Source: Lytechinus pictus (lineage: Eukaryota). Taken from it: 64,000 nt of DNA. Positions 25,572 through 37,777 of the stretch are shown in pieces (position 1 is the stretch's first letter; every line of letters begins with the position of its first letter). The notes under the pieces were generated by a model that worked only from the letters and a program-made list of their open reading frames with translations, had not been told where the DNA came from and ran no database searches. Position numbers and translations under genes: made by a program. Location: assembly GCF_037042905.1 (NCBI RefSeq), contig NC_087256.1:6944001-7008000 (forward strand), written 5' to 3'.

Positions 25572-25848
25572 CTGGGCCCCGTTGTACAAAGAGTTACAAT
25601 TGATCCGATCAATCGTTACTCTATGGAAATCCATCAGTGACATAATTTTTTCTAAAGGAAATTTGCAAAATGACCTTTGTAATCAAAGGAGAACACTCCA
25701 GATTGTCAAGAAATCAATGAATTTATGGATATGCATTCATATCTAGATTTTTTTTGGAACAAACATGCATTTCGTATGTTGACTTTGCTGGCTTTCCATA
25801 GTTGCGATTGATCGGATCAATCGTAACTCTTTGTACAACGGGGCCCAG
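25572..25848. mobile_element. Harbinger-type MITE (CWG flanks included)
   Basis: TIR GGCCCCGTTGTACAAAGAGTTAC and its complement, flanked by CTG and CAG. A second family member is at 39991-40242. Confidence 0.88.
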
Positions 25849-26309
25849 ATATGCTTCTTCCTTCCATATACCTCCAATACTTCTTGGAATGTCCAACTCA
25901 GATAGAAATGATTCTGCTGATGGCACTACCACTTTATTTCGCAATATAATTTTCTTATCATATGGAGAGAAATGTTTCTTACACTTTGATTGATTAACAA
26001 TTAATTGTCCCACCGAAGAGGATGATGACTGTAACTTTCTTGATATATTCCTCTGTTGCATCTGATATTCTTTGTAAAGTGTACTGCATGTTTCACAGTG
26101 GTGTTGTTTTCCCGTACTCAGGGACCTGGGAACGATTTTTTCAGTGGGGGTGCTGAAATCTCTCCTCAGAGGTGGGGGGGGGGGACAGACACAATTGAGT
26201 TTAACATAATTACACATACCACACACACACACATATATATAAATATACATATATATGACAGTCACTTCTTGGCTTTCTTCTTATAAAAGAACATAAATAT
26301 ATAATTAGA

Positions 26310-27150
26310 TAATTCGAGCGCGAAGCGCGAGCTATTTTTTGTGGAAATTTCATGTATTTTGTCCTGAAAATTGAACATTTTGAGCAATGTTTGTGGTCCA
26401 AGATGCGTATGTAACAAATAATAATTGTGAGCGCGAGCAGATATTTTTTTATATACGCTCTGGCCTGATCGAAAGGGACGTGTTATAAGGACTGTTTTGC
26501 AGTTACCCATGAAGACGATACATATATCAACAATCAAATAATGCGAGCGCGAAGTGCGAGCTGAAAAATTTGACATTCCGACCTAAATACTGGACATTCT
26601 AAGCACGTTTTTTAATTATGAGCAGGATAGGTATATTTACAATTGATGCGAGCGCGAAGCGCGAGCGGAAACAAAATTGAGATTTCAGACCAAAAAAACC
26701 GAGAGATTCTAAGTACTTTTCTAATCATGATGAGTATAGGTATAAAACTATACAATTGATGCAAGCGCGTAGCGCGAGCGGAAATAAAAATGAGATTTCA
26801 AACCTAAAAACGAGACATCTTATGCACTTTTCTAATCATGAACAGGATAGGTATATAACTATACAATTGATGCGAGCGCAAAGCGCGAGCGGAAACAAAA
26901 TTGAGATTTCAGACCTGAAAACGGGACATCTTATGCACTTTTCTAATCATGAACAGGATAGGTATATAACTATACAATTGATGCGAGCGCAAAGCGCGAG
27001 CGGAAACAAAATTGAGATTTCAGACCTGAAAACGGGACATTCCATTCATGTTTTGTAAATCAAGAAAATGATGGGTAATTGGATATATTCTTAAATTAAT
27101 AATGTGAGCGCGAAGCGCGAGCAGAAATTTTTTGATATTCTGATCTGAAA
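26310..27150. repeat. ~111-bp internal tandem repeat carrying GCGAGCGCGAAGCGCGAGC
   Basis: Motif at ~26315, 26543, 26648, 26761, 26872, 26983 and 27105, and again at 27783. The period is 111-113 bp in the central copies. Confidence 0.88.
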
Positions 27151-27660
27151 CTCCACACTGAATGTAAAATGGTTTGAACAGATAAAGAAAACTCAGACGA
27201 ACATAAGAATAAAGATTTGATTAAAATCAGACAAGGAATCACAGTTATTGCATTTTAAAGATTAGCATTATTCCCCACTTTTGTATTTTATTATATAAAA
27301 TTAGGTTTATTCAATATTTTCCTTTCAAGAACCAAAACAGTTGAATTGACAACTGATTTAGTCCATTAGATATTCTTTGCTGCAACTTATTTCATTATAA
27401 GGGAGACATATCATTCATTCTGGTATGAAAAAAATGAAACAATTTTGATTCCACAAGGAACAGCTAGGATAGTGGGGATGTGACAGCATCAGCCCACCTA
27501 TTAAATATTCATGACGACATGCATATCACCATTTTCATAAAAATATTGCTAAACTTTAGAATTAAATAACTTAACTAATCGTTATCAGATTTTGATAAAA
27601 TTTATTTATTTTGATAAAATGTATTTGATATAAATATTTTCAGCCCGGAGTACCCCCCCC
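27151..27660. mobile_element. Decayed Kolobok-like MITE nested in the hAT element
   Basis: Interrupts the 111-bp array. It begins CTCCACACTGAA and ends TTTTCAGCCCGGAGTACCCC, and is related to 8607-8770. Confidence 0.55.
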
Positions 27661-29084
27661 CAAAAAAAAATCAAGCTGGTGAAGCTGCGTATCTGAATAA
27701 AACATGCGTGCGCGTGTTTAGAGTTAGACCTATATAGTATCTGGGCATTCTAAATACAATTTTTATGATAAAAATCAATAATGCGAGCGCGAAGCGCGAG
27801 CAGAAAACATTTGATATTCCGATCTGAAAGAGGGTGAATTTAAACACTATTTCAAGTAATGTGTCAGAAAATTCTGAAGTGGGGGGGGGGGGGTTCTACA
27901 AAACGTCGTTCATTTTCATTACATTTCTGTCATTTATCATACCTACCACTAGATTTCCAGGAGGTGCGCTGCCTATATATATGGAAAATAACACACGCAG
28001 CACCCCCAAATTTTGAGGTTGCTTCACCCCGAACACCCCCGCTTCCCAGCCCGTAGGGCCATGGGGCAGGGCGAAAAAAAGACTGTGAAATTTGATTTCT
28101 ATTACTTGTAATTTTTGTATACAATACACGGGCGGTCGGGCGCGCGCTCACTTGATTCGACATAAAACCTGGAAGTTTCAACCACCCCAGTGTGTATCAC
28201 GTATTGCGCGCGACTACGTCTGTATCGGAGTGGAGTGGCTGCCCCGCTGGAGCTTGATTGAGTCGCGTTATATAGGAGGGATGTTATTGGAATATGTGAA
28301 AGACTATATAAATGATTTGCGATTGCCTGATGTGATAATTATGTACATTATAACATATTAAAAAAAATACAGGGGGAACCTAATTTCGTGGGGGTGCTGC
28401 CTATGGAAAATAATACACGCAGCACCCCCAGGATAATTTTTGGGGGTGCTTCAGCACCCCCAGCACCCCCGCTTCTCAGGTCCCTGCCCGTACTTATGAT
28501 TAACCCAGACAGTCTTAACTTAAATTTTGGACTAAATATAATTATGCCCTACTTTGATTAGGCATGTGCAACACATAAAATGTACGTTCGATTAATTCGC
28601 TAGAATTGTACCCGAAGTCCCAAGGTATTGGAAGCTTACAGTGTAAATATAAATAATTTATTTTCCCTCATTATCTGAAAACTTTTGCAAAATATCATGT
28701 AAATTATGTAAATGACTCAAGTGCCCGGCATTATGACCAAATAAAAGCGATACATAAAGTGGCAATTGCTTCAAGTAAACTTGGGATTAGAATCATTAGT
28801 GTTTTTTTAAAGATGCTTAAATATAATGGGCAAGAATGATGAAGAAAGTCTTTCAAGCAGGTCGGAAAGCTCTGTACCAACACCTTTACATTGCTTTCTT
28901 CCAACCATACTTTTTGATGACCTGGTACAACATACAACAGCTTGCATATTACCGCTTCATCTCATGATTTGTAGGATGCGGCGTTAATGATTAGTGTCAA
29001 TTACAGAGATAACCATTTCTCTTAAAATAATTTGTTGTATAATCGACAAATGTACTGCTTCCTGACATATTCACAAGTGGTGCA

Positions 29085-29245
29085 TGTACAGTCGATGCTT
29101 AAAGTTGTTTCAGGTCTACTGTCCATGCTATACAGTGAACATACAGTCAATGATGCTTGAGGCTGTTTCAGGTCTACTGTGCATGCTTAACAGTGCACAT
29201 ACAGTCAATGATGCTTGAGTCTGTTTCAGGTCTACTGTACATGCT
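29085..29245. repeat. 58-bp tandem repeat, ~3 copies
   Basis: GTTTCAGGTCTACTGT at 29107, 29165 and 29223. Confidence 0.85.
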
Positions 29246-31281
29246 CTTCAAGTCAGTCAATAATATCAAAACTTTACTGACAAGTAAGTGTGTGGGCATT
29301 GATCGCCATTGCTTTCCAATGAAGTTTTGTCATTTGGGAGCGATTTCAGCTTCCCTTTGCCCTAAAAGTCCAGTGTCTTTACCTGTGTTCCATGTACATT
29401 CACTACAATACCCTGTTTCATTTTCTCATTTTCATAACAGGCGAGATCCTATATAATAATTAAATAGTAAGCACATTCAATGACCCAGTGAAGATTTTTG
29501 TCGGTGTGTTAGCTGTGTCATGTATGAATAAAAAGTATGAAGAAAAATAATTAAATCATGTATATCAAAATTAGGTTTGTTACCTAGATACAACTATTAT
29601 GCAGATATTATAATTATTTGGACTGCTCTGAATTTGTCAGGCTTATGAGATATTTTTTTACTCCCAGGTTTCATACTTTGACCAATTTACTAACCATTTT
29701 CATTCAAATATTATGAACAGATGTTGTATCAGGGTTACCTATAGTTGCTATGGAAAATGTGTTGCTTAGCAACTGTTGCTGTACATGGTTGGAACGTTGC
29801 TTGATATGTGATTGTTAAATTGGCACTTAGAAGTCAAAATATAGTTTTTAAAATGTAGATAACACCCCAAAATGGCGGTTGTTAAGGTAAATATGTTACT
29901 TAGCAACTATTGCTATACAAGGAGAGATCAGGTTGGCACCCCCTGCTAAAATTGTTCAGCACTGTTTACTCTACCTGTCAGCCAAATTTCATGCTTGTAC
30001 CATAATTTGAACAATTCTTGCTATTTTTTGCACCGATCATCCAGACTAAAATGCTTAAAGTTGGATAAAGATTTGTTTTAATTCCTGATTAAAGTAACTC
30101 TTGTGAATTATCAGTCAAATTTAAGTTTGAAAACATACAAAATAACAAACATACACCCCCACACACACACACACAAATCGATGCAAACTGTATATAGGTC
30201 CATGCTCTAATCAGCTGGGGAATATATGCTTCTCTGCCTGCCATACTTTAAAAGCATATGGGATCTTCATGGGACCGATAATTTCTTGTGTTGCGAAATT
30301 CCATCTATAAGATGGGGGCTGCGTTTAACGATGAACAGCTGGTTTGCCTGCTGATTTTGTGTTTATATAAAGCTCATAACAATTATTTAGGAAGCATTAT
30401 TTTTTACAGTTGGAGGAGTTCGGTTGAAGTTCAGGAAGCATTCATGGAAGGTTTTTCGCGCCTTTAGGTATTCAAGGTATCATTTGGTGTCGTAATATAG
30501 TCAAATCATGGAGCTATCTGTGTTTTATAGCTCCATGGTCAAATAGGGTGCTATGAATTTTTAGGTTTGGCGCCCGTTCGGTTCACGAAATATGCCGTTT
30601 TTACTGAAAATGTTATATGTTTAGCTGATTATCTTTCTTTTCAGTTCATTATAAATTCCTGACAAAGACTTATGACTTCGATAATTAGAGTATTTATCTA
30701 CGATAAATGGACTTGATTGTCAGAAGACACATTAACTTTCAGAATTACTTTGTTATATATCTTACTTTCCCCATTTTTCTAGGTTTCCTTTGTGCATTGA
30801 TGGATTTCTTTATAAATTACGCAGGCCTATTAAGTCTGGTCATATGCAACAAATGAAAATAGATTTCCCTGTAAACACGTATTTGAATCCGAAACTGTTG
30901 CTCGTCAGAATTTTAAGCGATATTATTGATATTCTCGTTGAAGATGCTTCAACACTTTTATTCTTTTCAATTTCATTTCCGGATAATTGATTTGATATTC
31001 TAATCACATCACCGATTTATATACTCAACATCATGTTTAAACGCAAATCAGTCATCCTAGGTCTATCAGCAACCTTGTCAGATGCACTCTAAGAATTAGA
31101 ACGTGGATCATTCCAGAAAAAAAAAATGATGAATGGAGATATCGGCTACAAAAAAAAAACTATGATCATCACGTGTTGCACACCTCTTGTTTCCTACGTT
31201 TGAATAGAAAATGAAACATTAGTCTTGGCAGGTGAACTCCAAACATAAAACGTCGATGATTACAGACAAAATGAAAAATAT

Positions 31282-32540
31282 TTAAACTGAAACTGAAACT
31301 GAAACTTTATTCTGTCGACCCCTTTCGGAGTATGAGAATATACACAGTTATACATACATCATACATTCATACATAGTATGCATACGTACATAAATACATA
31401 CATAACAAAACATGAATAAATATAAAAAGCTATAACAAGATGGCAAAAAAAAGGTGAAGAAAGCCTTGAATGCAAAAGATAATACTGTTGAACACATGAA
31501 TAACAAAAAGAGATAGAAAAAGGATGTAATAACAGATTAATATACAGGTATATACATTTGGTACTTATCTACACAAATTTTTAATAATGATATTAACAAA
31601 CTTGGCTAGTTTTGACAGTGTTTTGGGAATTTTAGTATTAAATAGACTATGCATTTTTAAAGTGTTTGGACGTTTGGCAAACTGAGAGGGAATATATTTG
31701 CTTCTGTCTAATTTGAAGTAAGAACACTCAAATAAATAATGAAATTCATCACCAATCTTACCCAGGTTACAAAGATTACATAATCTATTCTGTCTAGGAA
31801 TACCTTCATATCGACCCTTGACGCAAGGCAAATAATGACTGCCACATCTAAATTTACAGAGATAATGTTCGATCTTTTTCATTAAGTTGTATGAGATAAG
31901 GCTCTAAGTTATGGGTGTCCTTGAAAATCCTGTAAATTACACATTGGTTATTTTTTAAAATGTCGTTGTGCCAGTCTTGAAAAGCCATGTCATTTTGGCG
32001 TAACTCTAGAGCAGGGATTAGCCATGTAGGATTTACGTCTTCCTGTTGTGCCCAAACGTTTCCCAACCCACAGGTGTCTAAAATATTTCTAATTTTGGTG
32101 ATCCATTTCGAATGAAAGGGTTTATTTATATCATTATGTAAAATGTTAACTAATTTATACAACATATAAGATAATTTTGTTTGTTTCCCAGTTAAAATTC
32201 TACACCAGAAGCTTATCATTCTGCTTTCTACCAGTTTTGACAGCTTATAGCGACTAGTTTCACCATAAACAATACAACTCGCTGTAGATTTATGAACTCT
32301 CAAAATATTCCGTAAAATTTTTCCATAAAATACCTCTATATGCACCAAGTTCTCAAATCCCCATACCTCGCTGCCATACAAAGCGATCAGGACTACCAAT
32401 TTATCAAATAAATCACAAGCAATATCAACTGGAAAACTTAGTCTCTTGACCTTATTTGGTACACTAAACATCGCTCTTCTTGCCTGGCTTACCTGTTTTG
32501 AGATTGCTTTTTTTAAAGTTGCCATTGTAATTGAAATTAC
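31282..32540 (-). mobile_element. 5'-truncated RTEX-like LINE (ORF2 C-terminus with CCHC zinc knuckle, frameshifted)
   Basis: ORFs 31854-32525 and 31565-31882 carry LYGSEVWG, YGETSRY and FRCGSHYL...GRY...RLCNLC...DEFHYLFEC. The minus-strand 3' tail is AATAAAG(TTTCAG)n at 31284-31311. Candidate TSD AAAAATAT at 31274-31281 and 32541-32548. Confidence 0.88.
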
Positions 32541-32614
32541 AAAAATATGATCGTGTTGTGTCGCACACCGCTTCTTTCCTACGTTAAAAAAGAAAGTGAA
32601 ATACTAGTAAGTCA

Positions 32615-32731
32615 CCGCCCTTTCACAGGGTAAAAAATAATGTTTTTTCCGTGTGAAAGGTCCGATGATTCTAAAGACGAATTGCAATCATTATTATAAT
32701 GATGATTCAAGATTCACGTGTGAAAAGGCCC
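32615..32731. mobile_element. Internally deleted, inverted copy of the 9333-9600 MITE
   Basis: GATGATTCAAGATTCACGTGTGAAAAGGCCC is the reverse complement of the 9333 left end, and CCGCCCTTTCACA matches the other end. Confidence 0.78.
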
Positions 32732-33022
32732 TGAGTTATTCAGTTGTTTGATATTGAGAGTGTAATGATAATAAGAGAAAGATTTCTATAGAAATTTTTC
32801 TCCAGTGGCTCTAGAAAGTATAACTATTATTACAACGGCTTTACCTCGAGCTGCATGTCGTTCGTTGTGTCACAAGGAAAAATGAATTTCCACAAGAAAT
32901 CACGTTGCGGGAGGACTATACTTTCTGTAAACATAGTGTTAACTGGACTATTGCTTGGTGACCCTAACCTCTCTTTAGTTTGACTTTATTGCCAATAGAG
33001 GTTTGGCGGAAGTCCTTCGAAC

Positions 33023-33053
<31 letters not shown>

Positions 33054-33242
33054 ATATCAAATTGTCTCCCTTTGAATTATAAGATCCATACTTTTTCTTT
33101 TTTTATTCGTATGCCTTCTGAATGAATGTGTGTCCCGACAATATTGTAGAAAGTGTAGTCACTCTGAAAACTCTTGTGTAATTGAATCATTGAAGGGCAA
33201 TAAATTTGCATGGGAATTATACTGCAGAATCACAAGTTCATT

Positions 33243-33552
33243 GGCCCGTATTCTGAAGTCGGGTTTAACTTAAACTCAGGTTTAAAGTTGTGGTTTAAGT
33301 ATGGGAAGCCAAAAGTATCAAAATTTTTATTAAGTTGTATGTTTCTTATGTTTACTGTGCTCTTTCCTGATTCATCGATGGTGAAGACAATCATCTATTT
33401 ATACTTCCTACACAATTATGAATGATTTGAGAGCCGAATGAGCTGAAGTATGATATATCTACTGTTAGTGATTATGTAACAATTGGCGGTCCATACTTAA
33501 ACCACAACTTTAAAACTGAGTTTAAGTTAAACCCGACTTCAGAATACGGGCC
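33243..33552. mobile_element. Harbinger-type MITE, 310 bp, ~60-bp TIRs, 3-bp TSD ATT
   Basis: GGCCCGTATTCTGAAGTCGGGTTTAACTTAAACTCAG and its complement. ATT at 33240-33242 and 33553-33555. Confidence 0.9.
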
Positions 33553-35734
33553 ATTGTCTCTTTCAATTACATTTCACCTGAAAAAAATCTTCTGTACCGC
33601 AACAACTAGGGTGATATAACAAACACCAGTATGCACCCGGCAAGCATGCATGGACCCGGTATGTGTCTCTGTATACAATGTTGGACCTTCTTCATTTATG
33701 ATTAGTGATCTGAAACTAAATATTCACCTGGACTCAAGTCCGGATAAATTGCTGTCAGATCGATGAACTGAAATTCCAGCTATCATAATGAAATTCAGTC
33801 CCTCAAAACAGACCCTTGCGTTTTTTATGAAAATTGTTGTTTGTTTTCATGGTTTAAACAATCAAATATAGAGATATATCAAACGAAAGTGACTTCAAAA
33901 TAATAACGATGGCTGAAAATTAAAAAAATCCTATTACAGAATCGCCGATGGGATTCTTCATATTTTCGTTTATGCGTTATTTCTGGAGTATTTGCATGTA
34001 AATAGAAATAATCAATCTTATACAATACCTTTTCTTTTCTTTATATTTGTTTCTTGTTTGACCGTTGCTTCTTTTATTCGATGTGAGATTTTGTCTGCCG
34101 TTGTACCCGGCATCGCTTTTCTTGTAATTGTTTTGTTTATCGTCCTTGGTTTGCTATTGATTTAGGTAATAAAAGGCCATAGCCCAAAGTCAAAGATTCG
34201 ATGCAACCATCGGAATCTGATTGCCAGAACGCCGTAGGGTCCTCAGTGGAATTTGTTTCGGTATGAAGGTAACATGCAAATGAACACACTGGCTATACAG
34301 GTTGAAGGCTGTTTTTCCTTGCCTTGTCATTTACGATTATATGTCTTATAATTTGAAGTAAATCACAGAGATGAGAGCGACATGGACGGCACAGCGAAGT
34401 TGAAAGGTGGTGGGGGGGGGGGGTAGGGCGGCACAGGGGGAAAAGGGCACCTCCTCTTTTGAAAATGACAGGACGACTGCGTGGGATCGGCCTATTTCAG
34501 TGTGGGCAAAGAGCTTTCTGTGGATATGAAATACGTATTGTGTGGGCGTATGTTTGCGTAAAATAAAATTTAGAATAATTGGCATCCACACGTAATACCA
34601 AGGTGTGATTATATTTTCATTGCTTCTGCCCGTTTGCGTTTCCGCCTGATTGTCCTTGCGCGAAACGCACATTTCTAACTAAATAACTTTATTTATATAT
34701 GAAATGCCATTTTGCTTCCTAACGACATAAATAATGGCCCTGTGTAGGCCTGATAATCGATCGCCCAAGGTCCTCAACGTATCAAACTGAAGTTTTATTT
34801 TTGAATACCTAAGATCGCATGCATGAGTTGATTTTTCATACAACAGAAATCATGGTTATTGGGGACTCAAACGTACCCCGTCGAATTCGTAAACAGGGCG
34901 GGTTTGAAAATAATCTTGAATAAATCGATTGGAATCAAACTAGGTAGGTCTGGCACAATACAATCTTCTTCACTGAAACATATCGAATGCTTAAATCCGG
35001 ATCAGGGCGATTCCATACATGTCGTACGGGACATTTTGCCAACAATTTCTAATCTCTTAGCTGATTGCTAGAGCAATGAAAAATCATTTTTGGTCAATAA
35101 TAAAGTTGTAGTGGGTAGTCATGTGAAAAACTGATTACCAACAAAAAATATTTGATTATGGTTGAATTAAGGGCGAAAATGTTGTGTGTCGTACGGGACT
35201 CAGAAATGTCCCGTACGACAAGCAACATTTTCACCTCTAACTCACCCATGGACAGCATATTTTTGTTGGTTGTCATTTTTTCATGTGTCTACCCAGTAGT
35301 ACTTTATTATTACCACAAAACAAATTGAAGTTCTTCGTTTGTTTGGACAATAGGTTGAAAATTGCGAAAATAGCCGATTCTTGCATGGAATCGCCCATCA
35401 CAGGATAAAACATGCCCGCAAGGGATGTATATTTTTAGAAACATTACGCCATCCCATAGGACGTTTGTGTACGTTTTCCTGCTTGTTTAAACATACCGCG
35501 ACTTCTCCGAATCGGCGGGATTATTTAACTGTCATGACTTTTCAAAGCGTCACACCCCTGCAATGAATCTAGTCTGGTCTTGACATATTGAGGACACTGA
35601 CTGAATGTTAATCCCTTTATAAACCCATGAAAGATATTAATTTCATAATCTACCAAGATTGAGCAACAGTCCTGACTTTGATACTGTTTTCTCTGAACCG
35701 GTTGGGAATTTTGAGATGATCTTTTAAACGTTAA

Positions 35735-36128
35735 ACTAAATGACAGTAGTTGCAGTAAAACACTAACTTCGTGAGAAAGTCTGTAAAACCAAGGTTAAGT
35801 ATGACTATATCATCGTGGATCTAGATCTGGTACAGTTACATAGACTGAACTTTGTGAAATCATACAATCTAAGCTGAAATACGATCACACTGAAGATCGC
35901 CAACACAGATAGGCACACGTGGGACAGTGTATTATTGTTGCTGGAATAAAGACCCGACGGAAGTGACCGAATCCGCGCTTATTTTGCTTATTTCTCAGCA
36001 ATTACACAATTTCTTCCAGAATCCTTTGGCAAATATTTTTTATTCATTCAAACAGACACTTGGGTGGTCATTATATTAGATTCTGTAAAAAGTCATTTTG
36101 AGAACGTTACCAGAACTGGAATTTACCT
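35735..36128. mobile_element. Kolobok-like MITE flanked by TTAA
   Basis: Left TTAA-ACTAAATGACAGT and right ACTGGAATTTACCT-TTAA, a degenerate AGGTAAATNCCAGT TIR. Confidence 0.6.
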
Positions 36129-37359
36129 TTAAACGACACGATATATCTGTTCTTTGTTTCTTTCAGGATTAGTTTTTTTTCGTGTATGCATTTCTGATTG
36201 TTTATGTGATCATGATCAGATGGTGTTTATTTAATCCAAAGTTCTGTAGTTATTTGCTGGGTAGCAGTTTTGATGTACGATTTATTTAACCGGATGATTG
36301 ATTGCCATGTGGTTTTTTTCTTAGTTGATGTAGTGTTTTTAGCTGCGTGGTAACAAAACTAAAGAGATATTAATAGATAGGAATAACGAATTAAGAGCTA
36401 ATTTTTTTTCAAATAAACCCAACTGATATATTTCCTCCTTCAAACTAGAAGAAATGTTATAGCTTACCTCGTTTAAGAAAATACCACTACCTTCGTTTTA
36501 TTATGTTCCCGCATCTTTTGATTTCTTTTTGGACTCCAAATGAAATACTGTTAATCGCAGGATCTTTTGATGACTTTCAATTTAGACAAACGTGATAGAG
36601 AAAGACGTTTTCCCCTAGGCCCTAAGGGACATTTTGTCAGGCGATGGAATTGGTCGTTGAAATGAAATGAAATAAAGGATATACGTGGAGTGGAAAGCAG
36701 ATTATAGGATAATATTTCAGCTGGAAAGTGACAAGATTGACCTGATAGAAACTAAATCTTTAGGCCTGAATATTCAGATTTCATTCTGATAGATGTGCAC
36801 TGACCGAAAGGAAGACAAGATCTATCTCTTTATATTGTCTCAATTAAAGAGACAGTTCACTTTGAAAAAAAATGCGTGGTATATCCATTTCAATTCACTT
36901 TGTACCGGATTAAGATTTTTTATTTAGTAAATTACGCATTTAACGATTCTTTCAGTTTTAAACACTATTTTGCCACATTGATTTGGATAGTACATAAAAA
37001 TTGTTTAAGTATAACCCATTCTAAACATAACATATCATGCAATTAATTTCATTCAGGGAGGGGGTCTTGAAATATCCGAACAATTACACAAAGCAGAAGT
37101 CGATTTAAGCCTATACCCCTTGCGTCTCTCAGACAAAATATAAAATGAAGAATAAACAGGAATTCTGGAATGGGTTACACAAGTTTACTGCTCCCGTTGT
37201 TTGTATAACCTTTAAAAGAAATTGATTTATTCCAGGATTTGCTAACTGTAAATATCGTATTGCTGCGATAATCGCCATTTCTGCATTTTTATGACTATTT
37301 ATCTTTCTGATGAATATTCTGAGTGGGTTATGCTAGACTAATATGATATAGATCCGGGG

Positions 37360-37520
37360 CACTAGCGTACCTACGGGGGGGGGGGGCACTCTGCCCCCCC
37401 TGACGAGCCACAACCCATACAAAATACATATCACTGCCCCCCCTGACGAGCTTGAAAGACCTTTTATGCCCCCCCCCTGACGAGCTTGAAGACCTTTATT
37501 GCCCCCCCCCCCCCCTGACG

Positions 37521-37556
<36 letters not shown>

Positions 37557-37603
37557 TGTCAATTTTTTTTTCTGGTACTATAACCTTAATTTTTGATTGA
37601 AGA

Positions 37604-37640
<37 letters not shown>

Positions 37641-37777
37641 TGTCAATTTTTTTTCTGGTACAAAAACCTAAATTTTTGATTAAAGACCTTTTTTTTTTTT
37701 TTTTTTTTTTGCTTGTCAATTTTTTTGGCGGCCAATTTTGCCCCCCCCCCCTGTGGAAAATCCTAGGTACGCCACTG
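37360..37777. mobile_element. hAT-type MITE, 418 bp, 8-bp TSD, with internal poly-T/poly-C repeats
   Basis: TIRs CACTAGCGTACCTA and TAGGTACGCCACTG. TSD ATCCGGGG at 37352-37359 and 37778-37785. Confidence 0.92.

Larger units (their letters stand above)
26119..28486. mobile_element. Non-autonomous hAT element, 2368 bp, 8-bp TSD
   Basis: TIRs CAGGGACCTGGGAA and TTCTCAGGTCCCTG. TSD CCCGTACT at 26111-26118 and 28487-28494. Confidence 0.92.
20658..30048. mobile_element. Academ-like DNA transposon (TAG termini, 3-bp TSD), 9.4 kb including nested insertions, non-autonomous or decayed
   Basis: Left TAGTCTAGGTGATTGGTGAAAAAAAT...GGTACAAGCATGAAA...GGTAGAGTAA...TTTTAGCAGGGGGTGCCAAC. The right-end reverse complement reads TAGTCTGGATGATCGGTGCAAAAAAT...GGTACAAGCATGAAA...GGTAGAGTAA...TTTTAGCAGGGGGTGCCAAC, giving imperfect TIRs over 100 bp. 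AAA at 20655-20657 and 30049-30051. TAG termini with a 3-4 bp TSD are characteristic of Academ. Confidence 0.8.
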
